Shown: one piece after another, positions 16,923 to 25,827 of the stretch
Numbering within the stretch: position 1 is the first letter of the stretch
How the letters are laid out: each line of letters opens with the position of its first letter
Source of the DNA: Methanosarcinales archaeon
Lineage (GTDB): Archaea; Halobacteriota; Methanosarcinia; Methanosarcinales; Methanocomedenaceae
DNA: 64,000 nt
Reading direction: 5' to 3'
Assembly (NCBI GenBank): GCA_030627385.1
Contig: DAOUSF010000001.1
Span: 12,077 to 76,076, forward strand
Notes under the pieces: model-generated
Database searches by the model: none
Told to the model about the DNA's origin: nothing
Seen by the model: the letters and a program-made list of their open reading frames with translations, nothing else
Program-made: the position numbers and the translations under genes

Positions 16923-17289
16923 AAGTAAATTCAAAAAGATTATAATCAAAAGGACACAGGAAGGGATTGTAATTAAACCCCAAAATAATACACACAAGAC
17001 ACCTTTGAAGCCGATCAAGATTAAAAAGAAACTCGGTCGTTGGTGTGAGTATTATGAAGGTAGACTACCCTATCCCATTGAATGTAGTAACAACAAGTCA
17101 ATGCCAACCTCATATATGTTTAAAGGTGAAGAGAAAACTAAGGTAAGGGACAATTCTAACTGTCCTAACTGTAAAAGGGCCCCCTCATTCATTGCATGGA
17201 AACGTGGAGTGTGGGATAAGATAAAAAATGCTATTACAAATGGTGAAGATCTGACTGACATGGATTCTCCTCAAGATGTGAGAATGTGA
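16909..17289 (+). CDS. hypothetical protein
   Basis: 126 aa, basic, with CPNC. Confidence 0.55.
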   Translation: MKILKSKFKKIIIKRTQEGIVIKPQNNTHKTPLKPIKIKKKLGRWCEYYEGRLPYPIECSNNKSMPTSYMFKGEEKTKVRDNSNCPNCKRAPSFIAWKRGVWDKIKNAITNGEDLTDMDSPQDVRM

Positions 17290-17427
17290 TGGACGTTAAA
17301 CCTTTGTTTATAAAGATTGTAAAAGGCAATACAAGTTCAGAAGTCCTTGAACGTATTCAGGAAATGAAACATGGGCATGTTTCCGATGGCTGGACACTAT
17401 GAATTGAATATGGATTAAAAATAGTTG

Positions 17428-17456
17428 TTGACTTTTATGTAAAATTATGTAATAAT
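17428..17456 (+). promoter_or_regulatory. class-1 phage promoter, copy d
   Basis: TTGACT-17 nt-(TGT)AATAAT followed by GTGTATAT. Confidence 0.7.
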
Positions 17457-17487
17457 GTGTATATAATAAATTAGACAAGGAGATTAA

Positions 17488-17637
17488 ATGAGAAAGGTAA
17501 GAGTTAGTTTTTCGTTTCCACAAGAAATGAAAAAAACCTTAGAAAAATTAGCCAAAAAGTCAGGATTCAAGCTTATGGGGTATATTAAGCTGATAATGAA
17601 TCAGGAAGTAAAAAGGCTAAAAGGGGAGGGCAAATGA
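17488..17637 (+). CDS. ribbon-helix-helix (CopG/Arc-like) protein, 49 aa
   Basis: RBS AAGGAGA. MRKVRVSFSFPQEMKKTLEKLAKKSGFKLMGYIKLIM fits the beta-strand, helix, helix pattern. Below the ORF-track cutoff. Confidence 0.55.
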   Translation: MRKVRVSFSFPQEMKKTLEKLAKKSGFKLMGYIKLIMNQEVKRLKGEGK

Positions 17638-17798
17638 GTTCCGCAAGAATTACAATACCCTATCCCGAAGAGGGTGCCGAACTACTGGTAAAAGAATCCA
17701 AAGCCCAGAATAGAACGTTTTCTGGGTATATGCAAAATGTCATAACCAATTACATCAAAGAGAAGAAGGAGGAAAAAGATGGGTCTGATGTCGAATAG
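17634..17798 (+). CDS. second ribbon-helix-helix-like protein, 54 aa
   Basis: ATGA-coupled to the previous ORF. ARITIPYPEEGAELLVKESKAQNRTFSGYMQNVI fits the RHH pattern. Confidence 0.5.
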   Translation: MSSARITIPYPEEGAELLVKESKAQNRTFSGYMQNVITNYIKEKKEEKDGSDVE

Positions 17799-18252
17799 AA
17801 AAAGGGTTTTAATAAAGGAAGAAACAAAGAAGACTACCAAAAAACTGCCGATCAAAAAGATTCCGCAGAAAAAAGAAGTATCCGCAGATGACGGCAGGTC
17901 CATCCTTCTTGAAGGTGATCGGGCTTTATTACTGGCTGAGGCCTGCAAGCTAAACAAGACAAAAAAGGCGGCAGAGAAAAGGCTTAAGGCAATCAAAAAG
18001 GAGATGGATCTTACAGTTGCCTCTGATTATGAGAACAAAGCGGGTGATACTCTTGCTCTAACCTTCTCTGACAAGTTCACCGATGTTGAGCCTGAAAAGC
18101 TGTTTAACCTGTTTGTTAAGAACAGGAAAAAAGCAAAGTTCTGGGGTATTGTAAAAGTGCAGTTAGGTGAACTGGTAAAAATAGTTCCGGAATCATCTAT
18201 CAAAAAGATGAGGGAAAAACTTGATCCCACAGCAAAATGGACATTTAAATAA
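17779..18252 (+). CDS. hypothetical coiled-coil protein (possibly Gp157-like)
   Basis: 157 aa, Lys-rich N-terminus, upstream of the helicase. The family assignment comes from position and size only. Confidence 0.6.
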   Translation: MGLMSNRKRVLIKEETKKTTKKLPIKKIPQKKEVSADDGRSILLEGDRALLLAEACKLNKTKKAAEKRLKAIKKEMDLTVASDYENKAGDTLALTFSDKFTDVEPEKLFNLFVKNRKKAKFWGIVKVQLGELVKIVPESSIKKMREKLDPTAKWTFK

Positions 18253-18452
18253 TGGATTTTATTATAACGGGACTTATTTATTGGATATTCAATATCTTTT
18301 GTCCCAAAAATCCTGTGCAGAAAAATGTCCAGTCACATAAACCAGTAAACGAATGGGGTTATTTCATCTTTAGTGAGGAACGGGGTTGTAATCAATCAGA
18401 TAATGATCCGTTCCTCAATGAAGATTACAACGAAGGGGGGCCTGATTGGTAA
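18252..18452 (+). CDS. hypothetical protein
   Basis: 66 aa; TAATG coupling. Confidence 0.45.
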   Translation: MDFIITGLIYWIFNIFCPKNPVQKNVQSHKPVNEWGYFIFSEERGCNQSDNDPFLNEDYNEGGPDW

Positions 18453-18454
18453 AT

Positions 18455-19819
18455 ATGAAACCTATAATTACCATAGGGAAGGGAGTCGTGGGTGAAAACT
18501 TGCCCACGGCTCTGATTAAAAAGATCAAGAAGGATCTTACCTTCAAAAATCCTGACTATGAAAATGCCATGAAATTCGGGAAATTTATTTCTGCGGATAT
18601 GCCCTCCCATCTTCATTTATTTGATATTGAGGATGACAATGCATGGGTGCCAAGGGGTTATATTCACTGGTTAATGAAGTGGATGCATAACAAAAAAGTT
18701 AAATTCACTTTGAGGGATAAAACCCTGCTCTTGAAACCACTGAATCTGAAATTTATAGGAAAACTCAGAGACTATCAAGATGTAGCCATGACGCCTCTAT
18801 CAAGGTATCCTTGTGGAGTTTTGGAAGCCGCAACAGGATCAGGAAAAACGGTTATAGGCATAAATATGATCGTAAAAAGACAGCAACCTACACTTGTAAT
18901 TGTTCATAGCAAAGAATTAATGTACCAATGGAAGGATCAAATAAAATCTTTTATAGGATTGGAGGCAGGGTTAGTAGGGGACGGTAAATTCAATATACAA
19001 CCTGTGACTATAGGAATAATTAACACAGTCAGAAACAAGGTAGAGCAATTAGAACCTCATTTTGGTCATATAATCTGTGACGAGGTACATAGGATAACCT
19101 CAGAGTCATGGGCAGGAACTATGCAAGGGTTCAGAGCGAGGTACACACTTGGACTTACTGCTACTCCCTTCAGGGCTGATGGACTCGGAAACGCTATCTT
19201 TGCATCTATTGGTCCGCTAAGATGCACAATAAATAAAAAAGAATTACAAAAAAGAGGAACAGTTCTTACTCCTGATATTTACAGAATAAAATCAAAGTTT
19301 AATTATATGTTCCTAAATGATTATTCAACTATGATCTCAAGTCTTATTGAAGATACACAAAGAAACAATCTTATAGTCAGAGGAATTGCCGCAGATTTCA
19401 ATAAGCACAATGAACATATACTGATAGTATCAGACAGACAGAAACATCTTAAAATCATGCAGGAAATGCTTCATAAAAAATATAATATTTTCGGACATAT
19501 ATTAACAGGAAGTGTTGCGGATAAAAAAAGAAAAACAATAATTGAGGAAGTAAAATCGGGTAAATGTAAAATACTATTTGCAACTACTTCTTTAATTGGT
19601 GAAGGGTTTGATCTTGACAAATTAAATTGTTTGTGTTTAGCTACTCCTATAAAGTACAGTGGCAGATTAATTCAAGCAATTGGGAGGATACTTCGTCCCG
19701 ATAAAGATAATAAACGAAAAACTCCAAGAGTTTATGATATTAGGGATGAAAATGTAAGTGTCTTACAATATTCTGGGTATAATCGTGATAGGATTTATAA
19801 AAAGGAGTGGAATAGGTGA
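18455..19819 (+). CDS. SF2 DEAD/DEAH-box DNA helicase
   Basis: Motif I AATGSGKT, motif II DEVH, motif III GLTATP, motif V TTSLIGEGFD, motif VI QAIGRILR. The start may be ATG 18455 or TTG 18446. Confidence 0.85.
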   Translation: MKPIITIGKGVVGENLPTALIKKIKKDLTFKNPDYENAMKFGKFISADMPSHLHLFDIEDDNAWVPRGYIHWLMKWMHNKKVKFTLRDKTLLLKPLNLKFIGKLRDYQDVAMTPLSRYPCGVLEAATGSGKTVIGINMIVKRQQPTLVIVHSKELMYQWKDQIKSFIGLEAGLVGDGKFNIQPVTIGIINTVRNKVEQLEPHFGHIICDEVHRITSESWAGTMQGFRARYTLGLTATPFRADGLGNAIFASIGPLRCTINKKELQKRGTVLTPDIYRIKSKFNYMFLNDYSTMISSLIEDTQRNNLIVRGIAADFNKHNEHILIVSDRQKHLKIMQEMLHKKYNIFGHILTGSVADKKRKTIIEEVKSGKCKILFATTSLIGEGFDLDKLNCLCLATPIKYSGRLIQAIGRILRPDKDNKRKTPRVYDIRDENVSVLQYSGYNRDRIYKKEWNR

Positions 19820-20470
19820 AAAGATTAAATCTAAAAGGAATAAAAAGAGGGAAATTAACTTTTATTGAATTTTCACATATTGAAAATAAAAGTACATATT
19901 GGAAATGTCGATGTGATTGTGGTAATTTTATAACGGTAAAAGGAGCAGGAAAAACAAAATCATGTGGGTGTTTGGCATTAAAAGCAAGAAGTATTAATGG
20001 GAAAAATAATGAAAATAAACAGTCTCCTATTGATTTCATAAAAACAAGGATAAAAACAAATGATAAAACAGGTTGCTGGGAGTGGGCGGCTTCTCTTTTA
20101 GAAGGATATGCACGAATATCAGACAAAAGGGGGTCGTAAATCAGAAATAGCATCCAGGTATGTTTATGAACATATAAAAGGGATTGATCCGGGAAATAAA
20201 TGTGTTTGTCATACTTGTGATAATCCCAAATGTGTTAATCCCAATCATTTGTTTTTAGGAACATATCTTGATAATTTTGAAGATATGAAAAATAAAAAAA
20301 GATCAGCATGTGGGATAAAAAATTTCAAAGCCAAATTAACTGAAAAAGAAGTGCTTCAAATTAGAAGATTACATAGGAAATTAAATATAAAAGAATTAAT
20401 AGACATTTATGAGGTGGATGAGTCAACTATCCGGAGAGTAATTAAAAGAGAAACATGGAAACATATATGA
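19816..20470 (+). pseudogene. HNH homing endonuclease gene interrupted by a frameshift
   Basis: ORF 19816..20139 (...CWEWAASLLEGYARISDKRGS*) continues in another frame as GGRKSEIASRYVYEH...CHTCDNPKCVNPNHLFLGT (20108..20470). The break is at the A4G5 run, 20125-20133. Confidence 0.75.
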
Positions 20471-20549
20471 TCCACGGGATGATCGTGTTTCCGTTCTTCA
20501 ATATTCAGGGTATAACAGGGACAGAATCTATAGGAAAAAAGGATGGTAA
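20469..20549 (+). other. relic duplicate of the SF2 helicase 3' end
   Basis: It encodes DPRDDRVSVLQYSGYNRDRIYRKKGW*, compared with the helicase C-terminus YDIRDENVSVLQYSGYNRDRIYKKEWNR*. There is no start codon, and the nucleotides differ at many synonymous positions. Confidence 0.8.
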
Positions 20550-20726
20550 ATGAGCCTAAATGAAGAGTATCACCTGGAGACGGGATTGCATTCCCATTAT
20601 TTGGCAAAGGGAGGATCACACAAATACGGAACAAAAGGGTTAATATACACCCGTAAATATGTTTGGTGGTTGGAACTAAAAATTAAAAAACTCAGAAAAG
20701 AAAAACAGGATAAAAACAATTCTTGA
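20550..20726 (+). CDS. hypothetical protein (58 aa)
   Basis: ATG coupled (TAAATG) to the stop of the relic helicase end. Confidence 0.4.
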   Translation: MSLNEEYHLETGLHSHYLAKGGSHKYGTKGLIYTRKYVWWLELKIKKLRKEKQDKNNS

Positions 20727-20751
20727 CTTTTATGTAAAATTATGTAAGAAT
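20723..20751 (+). promoter_or_regulatory. class-1 phage promoter, copy e
   Basis: TTGACT-17 nt-(TGT)AAGAAT followed by ATGTATAG. Confidence 0.65.
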
Positions 20752-20793
20752 ATGTATAGTTAAAAACGCTCACAAATAAACAGGAGGAAGACA

Positions 20794-22317
20794 ATGAGTT
20801 TTAAAGAGAGAATGCAGGCCAGAAAGCAGAAACCAGTAGAAGTGCCTACGGAGTTTAAAGGGCACAAAATGACTGAGGAACAACTATTTGCCATTGAGTG
20901 CATTATCAGTGGGTATGATACAAAGGCACAGGCTCCTGCTGGTAGCGGAAAGACTTTCACTCTGGAGGCGGCTGCAAGCCAAAAGAATAGAGAACTGGGC
21001 CTTTACCTCGCATTCAACAAAGCCATTGCTGATGAAGCTGGCAGAAAATTTGGTAACAATACTGATTGCAGGACGGGTCATAGTCTTGCTTTTCGTGGTG
21101 TTGGGTACAAATACAAAGATCGTCTGGGAAAAATCACAGGGATGATGATAGCCAATAGCGGTAATATGGGTGATCTATCTTCATATCCCACAAAGTCAAA
21201 TAAAGGATATGTCGTCCTGGATACAATTCGGAGATTCTGTTATTCAGATGATCCCGAATTTAAATTTCACCATGCTCCCGTCATCAAAGGACCATACTCT
21301 GATCTCCAGGTCAAACAGATGCGGGAAGAAGTCTACCCTATTGCCGCAAAAGTCTGGGAAAAGATCCGTGATGAGAAAGGAAGTCTTCCTATAACTCATG
21401 ATCACTATTTGAAAATGTGGGCCCTGTCAAATCCTCAGATAAGCAAAGGATACATCTTGTTTGATGAGGCGCAGGATGCCAATGCGGTTATTCTTGGAGT
21501 TGTTAAACGCCAGAAGAACTGCCAGAAAATCTACGTTGGTGATAAATATCAACAAATCTATTCGTGGAGAGGTGCTGTCAATGCAATGGACTCCATTGAA
21601 ACCAAACATCATGCCTTTATCACCCAGTCTTTCAGATTCGGGCAAGGTGTTGCTGATATGGCAAATAAGATTCTGGGATGTTACATGCATCCTTCTGAGG
21701 CTCCGCCTGCTATCATTGGTTTCCAGGAAAAAGAAAGTATTGTTTCACGGAAAGCGATTGATGATCCAGATGTTCTTATCTGCCGGACCAATACAGGCGT
21801 GATTACCAATGTATTCAAGTACCTTGAGGAGGGCAAGGCAGTCTATGTCCAAGGGGGTGTGACTACAATGATGAACATGCTCCGTGGTGCTGATGACTTG
21901 ATGAACGGGAAAAGAACATATGTTCCTGACCTTACACTATTCAGCAATTGGGCAGAGGTTGTGGAATGCTCTGAAACAGAATCAGGTGCTGATCTCAGAA
22001 CACTGGTAAGCATGATAAAGGATCATGGAATACCCAAACTCCTGGAAGCTTTGAACTGCACTCACAAATCGCACTTTGGTGCTGATATAACCATTACTAC
22101 TGCTCACAAAGCAAAAGGTCTTGAATGGAGTAGGGTTAAACTGTACAATGATTTCCTGAGTCCATCCACAAATGATGCCGGTGAGGTGGTACCCATGCAA
22201 CAAGGTGAAATCAATGTCCTATATGTGGCTGCGACGAGAGCGTTGGATGTTCTTGATATTTCAGCTTGTTCCGCTTGCCGTGACGAGGTTCTTTTCAGTT
22301 CAAAAAACTCTTTCTAA
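20794..22317 (+). CDS. UvrD/Rep/PcrA-like SF1 DNA helicase
   Basis: APAGSGKT (I), ILFDEAQD (II), GDKYQQIYSWRGA (III), SFRFG (IV), TAHKAKGLEW (V), LYVAATRA (VI). Confidence 0.85.
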   Translation: MSFKERMQARKQKPVEVPTEFKGHKMTEEQLFAIECIISGYDTKAQAPAGSGKTFTLEAAASQKNRELGLYLAFNKAIADEAGRKFGNNTDCRTGHSLAFRGVGYKYKDRLGKITGMMIANSGNMGDLSSYPTKSNKGYVVLDTIRRFCYSDDPEFKFHHAPVIKGPYSDLQVKQMREEVYPIAAKVWEKIRDEKGSLPITHDHYLKMWALSNPQISKGYILFDEAQDANAVILGVVKRQKNCQKIYVGDKYQQIYSWRGAVNAMDSIETKHHAFITQSFRFGQGVADMANKILGCYMHPSEAPPAIIGFQEKESIVSRKAIDDPDVLICRTNTGVITNVFKYLEEGKAVYVQGGVTTMMNMLRGADDLMNGKRTYVPDLTLFSNWAEVVECSETESGADLRTLVSMIKDHGIPKLLEALNCTHKSHFGADITITTAHKAKGLEWSRVKLYNDFLSPSTNDAGEVVPMQQGEINVLYVAATRALDVLDISACSACRDEVLFSSKNSF

Positions 22318-22519
22318 GGAGTATTAAATTGGATTATAAATTTGCCATAGTCAATCATACCACGTTACACATTTCCAAGTTCATGTCACGGGATGAATTA
22401 TCGGATGCAGTTATTTCCTTTAAACACAAGGATATTGAATTTACTGCATTAAGGTATTATGAAAATATTAAAAGATGGGTTGCCTTTGACAAATGGGAAT
22501 AACTGTAACAAACAGCACT

Positions 22520-22666
22520 ATGCCGGGAGGGTACACTCCTATTTGTGAAAAATGTGGAGTGTGCCTTTGCTGGGATATCTCAGAAGAGGAATACCAAGAA
22601 CGCCCATTATTTTGGGATAACTGGACTTGCAAAGAATGTAGGGAGTATCATGAAAATAACAATTAA
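22520..22666 (+). CDS. hypothetical small zinc-binding protein (48 aa)
   Basis: MPGGYTPICEKCGVCLCWD...WTCKECREYH has two CxxC pairs. Below the track cutoff. Confidence 0.4.
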   Translation: MPGGYTPICEKCGVCLCWDISEEEYQERPLFWDNWTCKECREYHENNN

Positions 22667-23075
22667 TGGACATGTATACACCGAGGCGGAGATTATGACG
22701 GTAAAATCAGCTTTAACTAATTTTACCAGTGATTTAAATCATGGTGCAATGGGAGAAGATGAACGTGGAGAAGCGATAACCAAAGGGTATATAAGTAATA
22801 TCAAGAGTTTACTCCAAAAACTCCAAACCAAATGTGACAAGGTAGATAGAATCAAGTCACATAAAAATATCACACAATTTCCTGGAGTATTGTTAAAAGA
22901 GGATGGGGATCCTAATGTAATTATTTCTGGAGTATACGATGAGGTGGATTCAGTAATAATTATGGGAGATGGAAAAGATGGGGAGCCCTACTTTGCTTCA
23001 TCTATTGCTGACGGTGCTGAAATCTTGTGGTTATTGAAAAAACTGGAACTCAAATTGTTGACAGATTTCACATGA
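22650..23075 (+). CDS. hypothetical protein
   Basis: ATG at 22650 after GGGAG, within the track ORF 22545..23075. Confidence 0.55.
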   Translation: MKITINGHVYTEAEIMTVKSALTNFTSDLNHGAMGEDERGEAITKGYISNIKSLLQKLQTKCDKVDRIKSHKNITQFPGVLLKEDGDPNVIISGVYDEVDSVIIMGDGKDGEPYFASSIADGAEILWLLKKLELKLLTDFT

Positions 23076-24040
23076 AGATGAAAAGACAAGTCCAACTCCG
23101 CAAAGAGAATAAAGGCAAGGGAAAAGTTCAACTAAATTTCGATGCCATTGATATGCGGGAAGTCCTTTCTCATTGTGGAATAGAGTACGATGAAACAGGA
23201 AAAAACGTATCTAATGGATGGCTGGGCACACAATGTCCTTTTCCTGGATGTGACGATCATTCAAACCATATGGGTATTTGTCTGACAAGTCCAGTTGTGA
23301 CTTGTTATAAGTGTGGTGGAAAAGGAAACTATCTCACCTATCTGGGTGTACAACTTGGTAATTTTGGACAAGCTATTGATATCCTTCAAAAATTCACTCC
23401 CAGAGAATTACGCCTGTACAAGAAAGAGGAAAATGAGTTCAATGTGGTTCACGTTGATCTGCCTGAGGAAGCTGTAAAAGAAATCCCAAGGGCTCATTAT
23501 GACTATATCAGAGGACGCGGATTTGATCCTAAAGAGTTAACCTTAATGTACGACCTATACTTTTGTGAATATGGTGATTGGGCAGATAGAATTATTGCTC
23601 CCATTTACAATAGGAACAGATTGATCACTTTCACCAGTATTGATATCAATGAGGAGTCTGATTTAAGGTACAAACATCTTAGAAAAGAGGATTCAATAAC
23701 TCATTGCAAGAATTACCTATATGGGCTTGAGCAATGTACTGGCAGGACTATTGTGGTAGTTGAGGGGTATTTTGATAAACTCAGAATAGGCCCTGGGTGT
23801 GTTTGTACATTCGGGACCAAAGTGACTGCTCATCAAAAGAGGTTATTAGTTAAGTTTAGTAAATCCATTATTCTATTCGATGGGGATGAGGCTGGGTGGG
23901 TAAATGGCAAGAAGCTTGCTCATGATATGAGTTCCCATCAAGAGGTGGAACTGATAACACTTGAAGAAGGGATGGATCCCGATAAGTTACCAAAAGAAGA
24001 TGTTAAGTATTTAAAACAGTTACTTAGAACGAGGTGGTAG
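23072..24040 (+). CDS. DNA primase (zinc finger plus TOPRIM)
   Basis: CPFPGC...CYKCGG zinc motif. TOPRIM residues are VVVEGYFD and LFDGDEAG. ATGA-coupled start at 23072. Confidence 0.8.
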   Translation: MKMKRQVQLRKENKGKGKVQLNFDAIDMREVLSHCGIEYDETGKNVSNGWLGTQCPFPGCDDHSNHMGICLTSPVVTCYKCGGKGNYLTYLGVQLGNFGQAIDILQKFTPRELRLYKKEENEFNVVHVDLPEEAVKEIPRAHYDYIRGRGFDPKELTLMYDLYFCEYGDWADRIIAPIYNRNRLITFTSIDINEESDLRYKHLRKEDSITHCKNYLYGLEQCTGRTIVVVEGYFDKLRIGPGCVCTFGTKVTAHQKRLLVKFSKSIILFDGDEAGWVNGKKLAHDMSSHQEVELITLEEGMDPDKLPKEDVKYLKQLLRTRW

Positions 24041-24127
24041 TATTCGGTATTTGCGAATAGCGAATACAGAGTGCCTTGTAATAAATTCGGTGTGTTAAGT
24101 ACTCAAAACACATAAAAGGAGAAAAAA

Positions 24128-24361
24128 ATGTCAACAAAAAGATTAAGGAGAAAGATAAAAAAATCCGCGGTTTCTCAAGCATATACGGAAATGAGTGCCA
24201 CTAAAAAAGTTATGAGGCAACAAGCTCATGGATTCGTGTGTCACGGGTTTATTTCCGAACCTGAGTATAAAAAGGTTATCAAGAGAATCAGTGAATATTA
24301 TGATCCATTATTAAATGCATTCAGGAAAAAAATGGAAAAGGAGAAAGATGGCAGTTCCTAA
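24128..24361 (+). CDS. hypothetical basic protein
   Basis: RBS AAAGGAGA; 77 aa. Confidence 0.55.
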   Translation: MSTKRLRRKIKKSAVSQAYTEMSATKKVMRQQAHGFVCHGFISEPEYKKVIKRISEYYDPLLNAFRKKMEKEKDGSS

Positions 24362-24572
24362 AAGTATCATAGAAAAGTATCTTCCACAGGATAAGGAATC
24401 TCTTATGTACGGAGTCCCTGTCCCAGAACTGACAAGAGAGGAGCTTGAATCACTGTTGGTGTTTTCAGAAATAAAAGGCAGTAAACAAAGTGAAACCCGA
24501 AGATCAAGGAGAAATTACAATGAAATGTCCCGCATGTGGTGGAAAGGGCTATCTTATTCCGGACGATCCTGA
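24348..24572 (+). CDS. hypothetical protein
   Basis: ATG after AAGGAGAAAG. It overlaps the next ORF by about 50 nt, so its end is uncertain. Confidence 0.35.
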   Translation: MAVPKSIIEKYLPQDKESLMYGVPVPELTREELESLLVFSEIKGSKQSETRRSRRNYNEMSRMWWKGLSYSGRS

Positions 24573-24939
24573 TATAGATATCTATAATATCTATATTTGC
24601 CCTGTTTGTAGAGGTGATGAAAAAGAAAAAGTAAAACCTTATGCAAACAGGAGCCGAGACGGCGAAAGAGTAACACATTACAGGAGAAAATATCCAGATT
24701 CAGCCTACCATAATATAGTGACAAAGAAGGCAAAATTCTTTGGACATTTGATGTACTGCATTTTGATTGCGGGGGGTGCTCCAAGTTGTTTCACTTATAT
24801 GAGGCTGAGAGATAGAACAATGGAAGAGATTCTGGACTCACTTCTGCCAAATGGTGTAAATTTTACTGTAACATACGATGGACCAAAAGAAAGTTTATCC
24901 AAGTACAGAAAAAGTGTTGACAATGACATAAGCCCGTAG
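24520..24939 (+). CDS. hypothetical protein with DnaJ-type zinc-finger-like repeats
   Basis: RBS AAGGAGA; MKCPACGGKGY...CPVCRGDE. Confidence 0.55.
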   Translation: MKCPACGGKGYLIPDDPDIDIYNIYICPVCRGDEKEKVKPYANRSRDGERVTHYRRKYPDSAYHNIVTKKAKFFGHLMYCILIAGGAPSCFTYMRLRDRTMEEILDSLLPNGVNFTVTYDGPKESLSKYRKSVDNDISP

Positions 24940-25128
24940 TATAGTTGAATTTCATTGATTATAAATGCTGTTCAGCGTGGTTGCTTTACAGAGCTATTAA
25001 TGAATCGGGTAAAGATTGAAAGGGAGTAAAAAGACTCTTTTTAAAAAAAAATGGTCTTGATTGCCCATTGAATGTTACCAGCATTCGCCCTTTCAAGATC
25101 GGGATCATTTTTTTTAAAAGGAGTTTTT

Positions 25129-25827
25129 ATGTTTATTGACATTAATAATCTTTCTATATTGGATTTAACTGGCCTACGGGAAATTAAAACCAATATAGAA
25201 AGAGAAATTAAACTAAGGGAAAAAACATTAAAAGAAAAAAGAAAAAAGATTCAAGAAGAAAAAGATAAAATAACCATAAAAAAAGAAAATAAAACAGAAA
25301 AAAAACGGCAAGACTGTAAAAAACACAAACTGTATCTTCCCCTCCCCATAAATGGACATTATTGTAGATGTCTGTCATACCTTCCTTACCTACTTAGTCA
25401 AGATTGGACACATCTGTATAAAGATGCCTGGTTAGATGATGAAAAAAAATACTATGTATATGCCCACACAAATCCTTTAAAACAAAATACACACATAACA
25501 AGTAGGTTAATAATACCTGGTATTCCTTTTTATATAGGAAAAGGTACAGGAGATAGAGCATGGGATTTAAAAAGAAATCAAGGGCATGGTAAAGAAATAA
25601 AAAAAATATCACTATTTGTACCTGAAAACGATATTGTTTTTATAGTTAAAGATAATCTTACAGAGGAACAGGCATTTATATTAGAATCAAAACTTATATA
25701 TTTCTTTGGTACTATATATGGATTAAGAAAAAAAGGTATATTATATAATTTAAATGAAGAAAGAACTCCTTTGTTTAGTGAACAAAAATTTGTGTTACGA
25801 AAAAAACAAAATAGGGGTGTGGTATGA
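25129..25827 (+). mobile_element. GIY-YIG family (homing) endonuclease-like gene
   Basis: YYVYAHTNP...IPFYIGKGTGDRAWD resembles the YVY...PFYVGKGxGxR GIY-YIG core. The N-terminus is Lys-rich. RBS AAAGGAG. Confidence 0.55.

Noticed and set aside
22545-22649. GTG-initiated extension of the 22650..23075 ORF.
   Set aside because: The ATG at 22650 has a GGGAG RBS. The upstream stretch is better explained by the separate CxxC-rich 48-aa ORF 22520..22666 in another frame.
24940-25128. Possible group I intron housing the GIY-YIG gene; the same question applies to the HNH genes at 19816 and 47388.
   Set aside because: The flanking ORFs do not look like two halves of one gene, and I could not identify P-helix pairings by eye. 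The helicase-HNH case is explained by a duplicated 3' end rather than by splicing.
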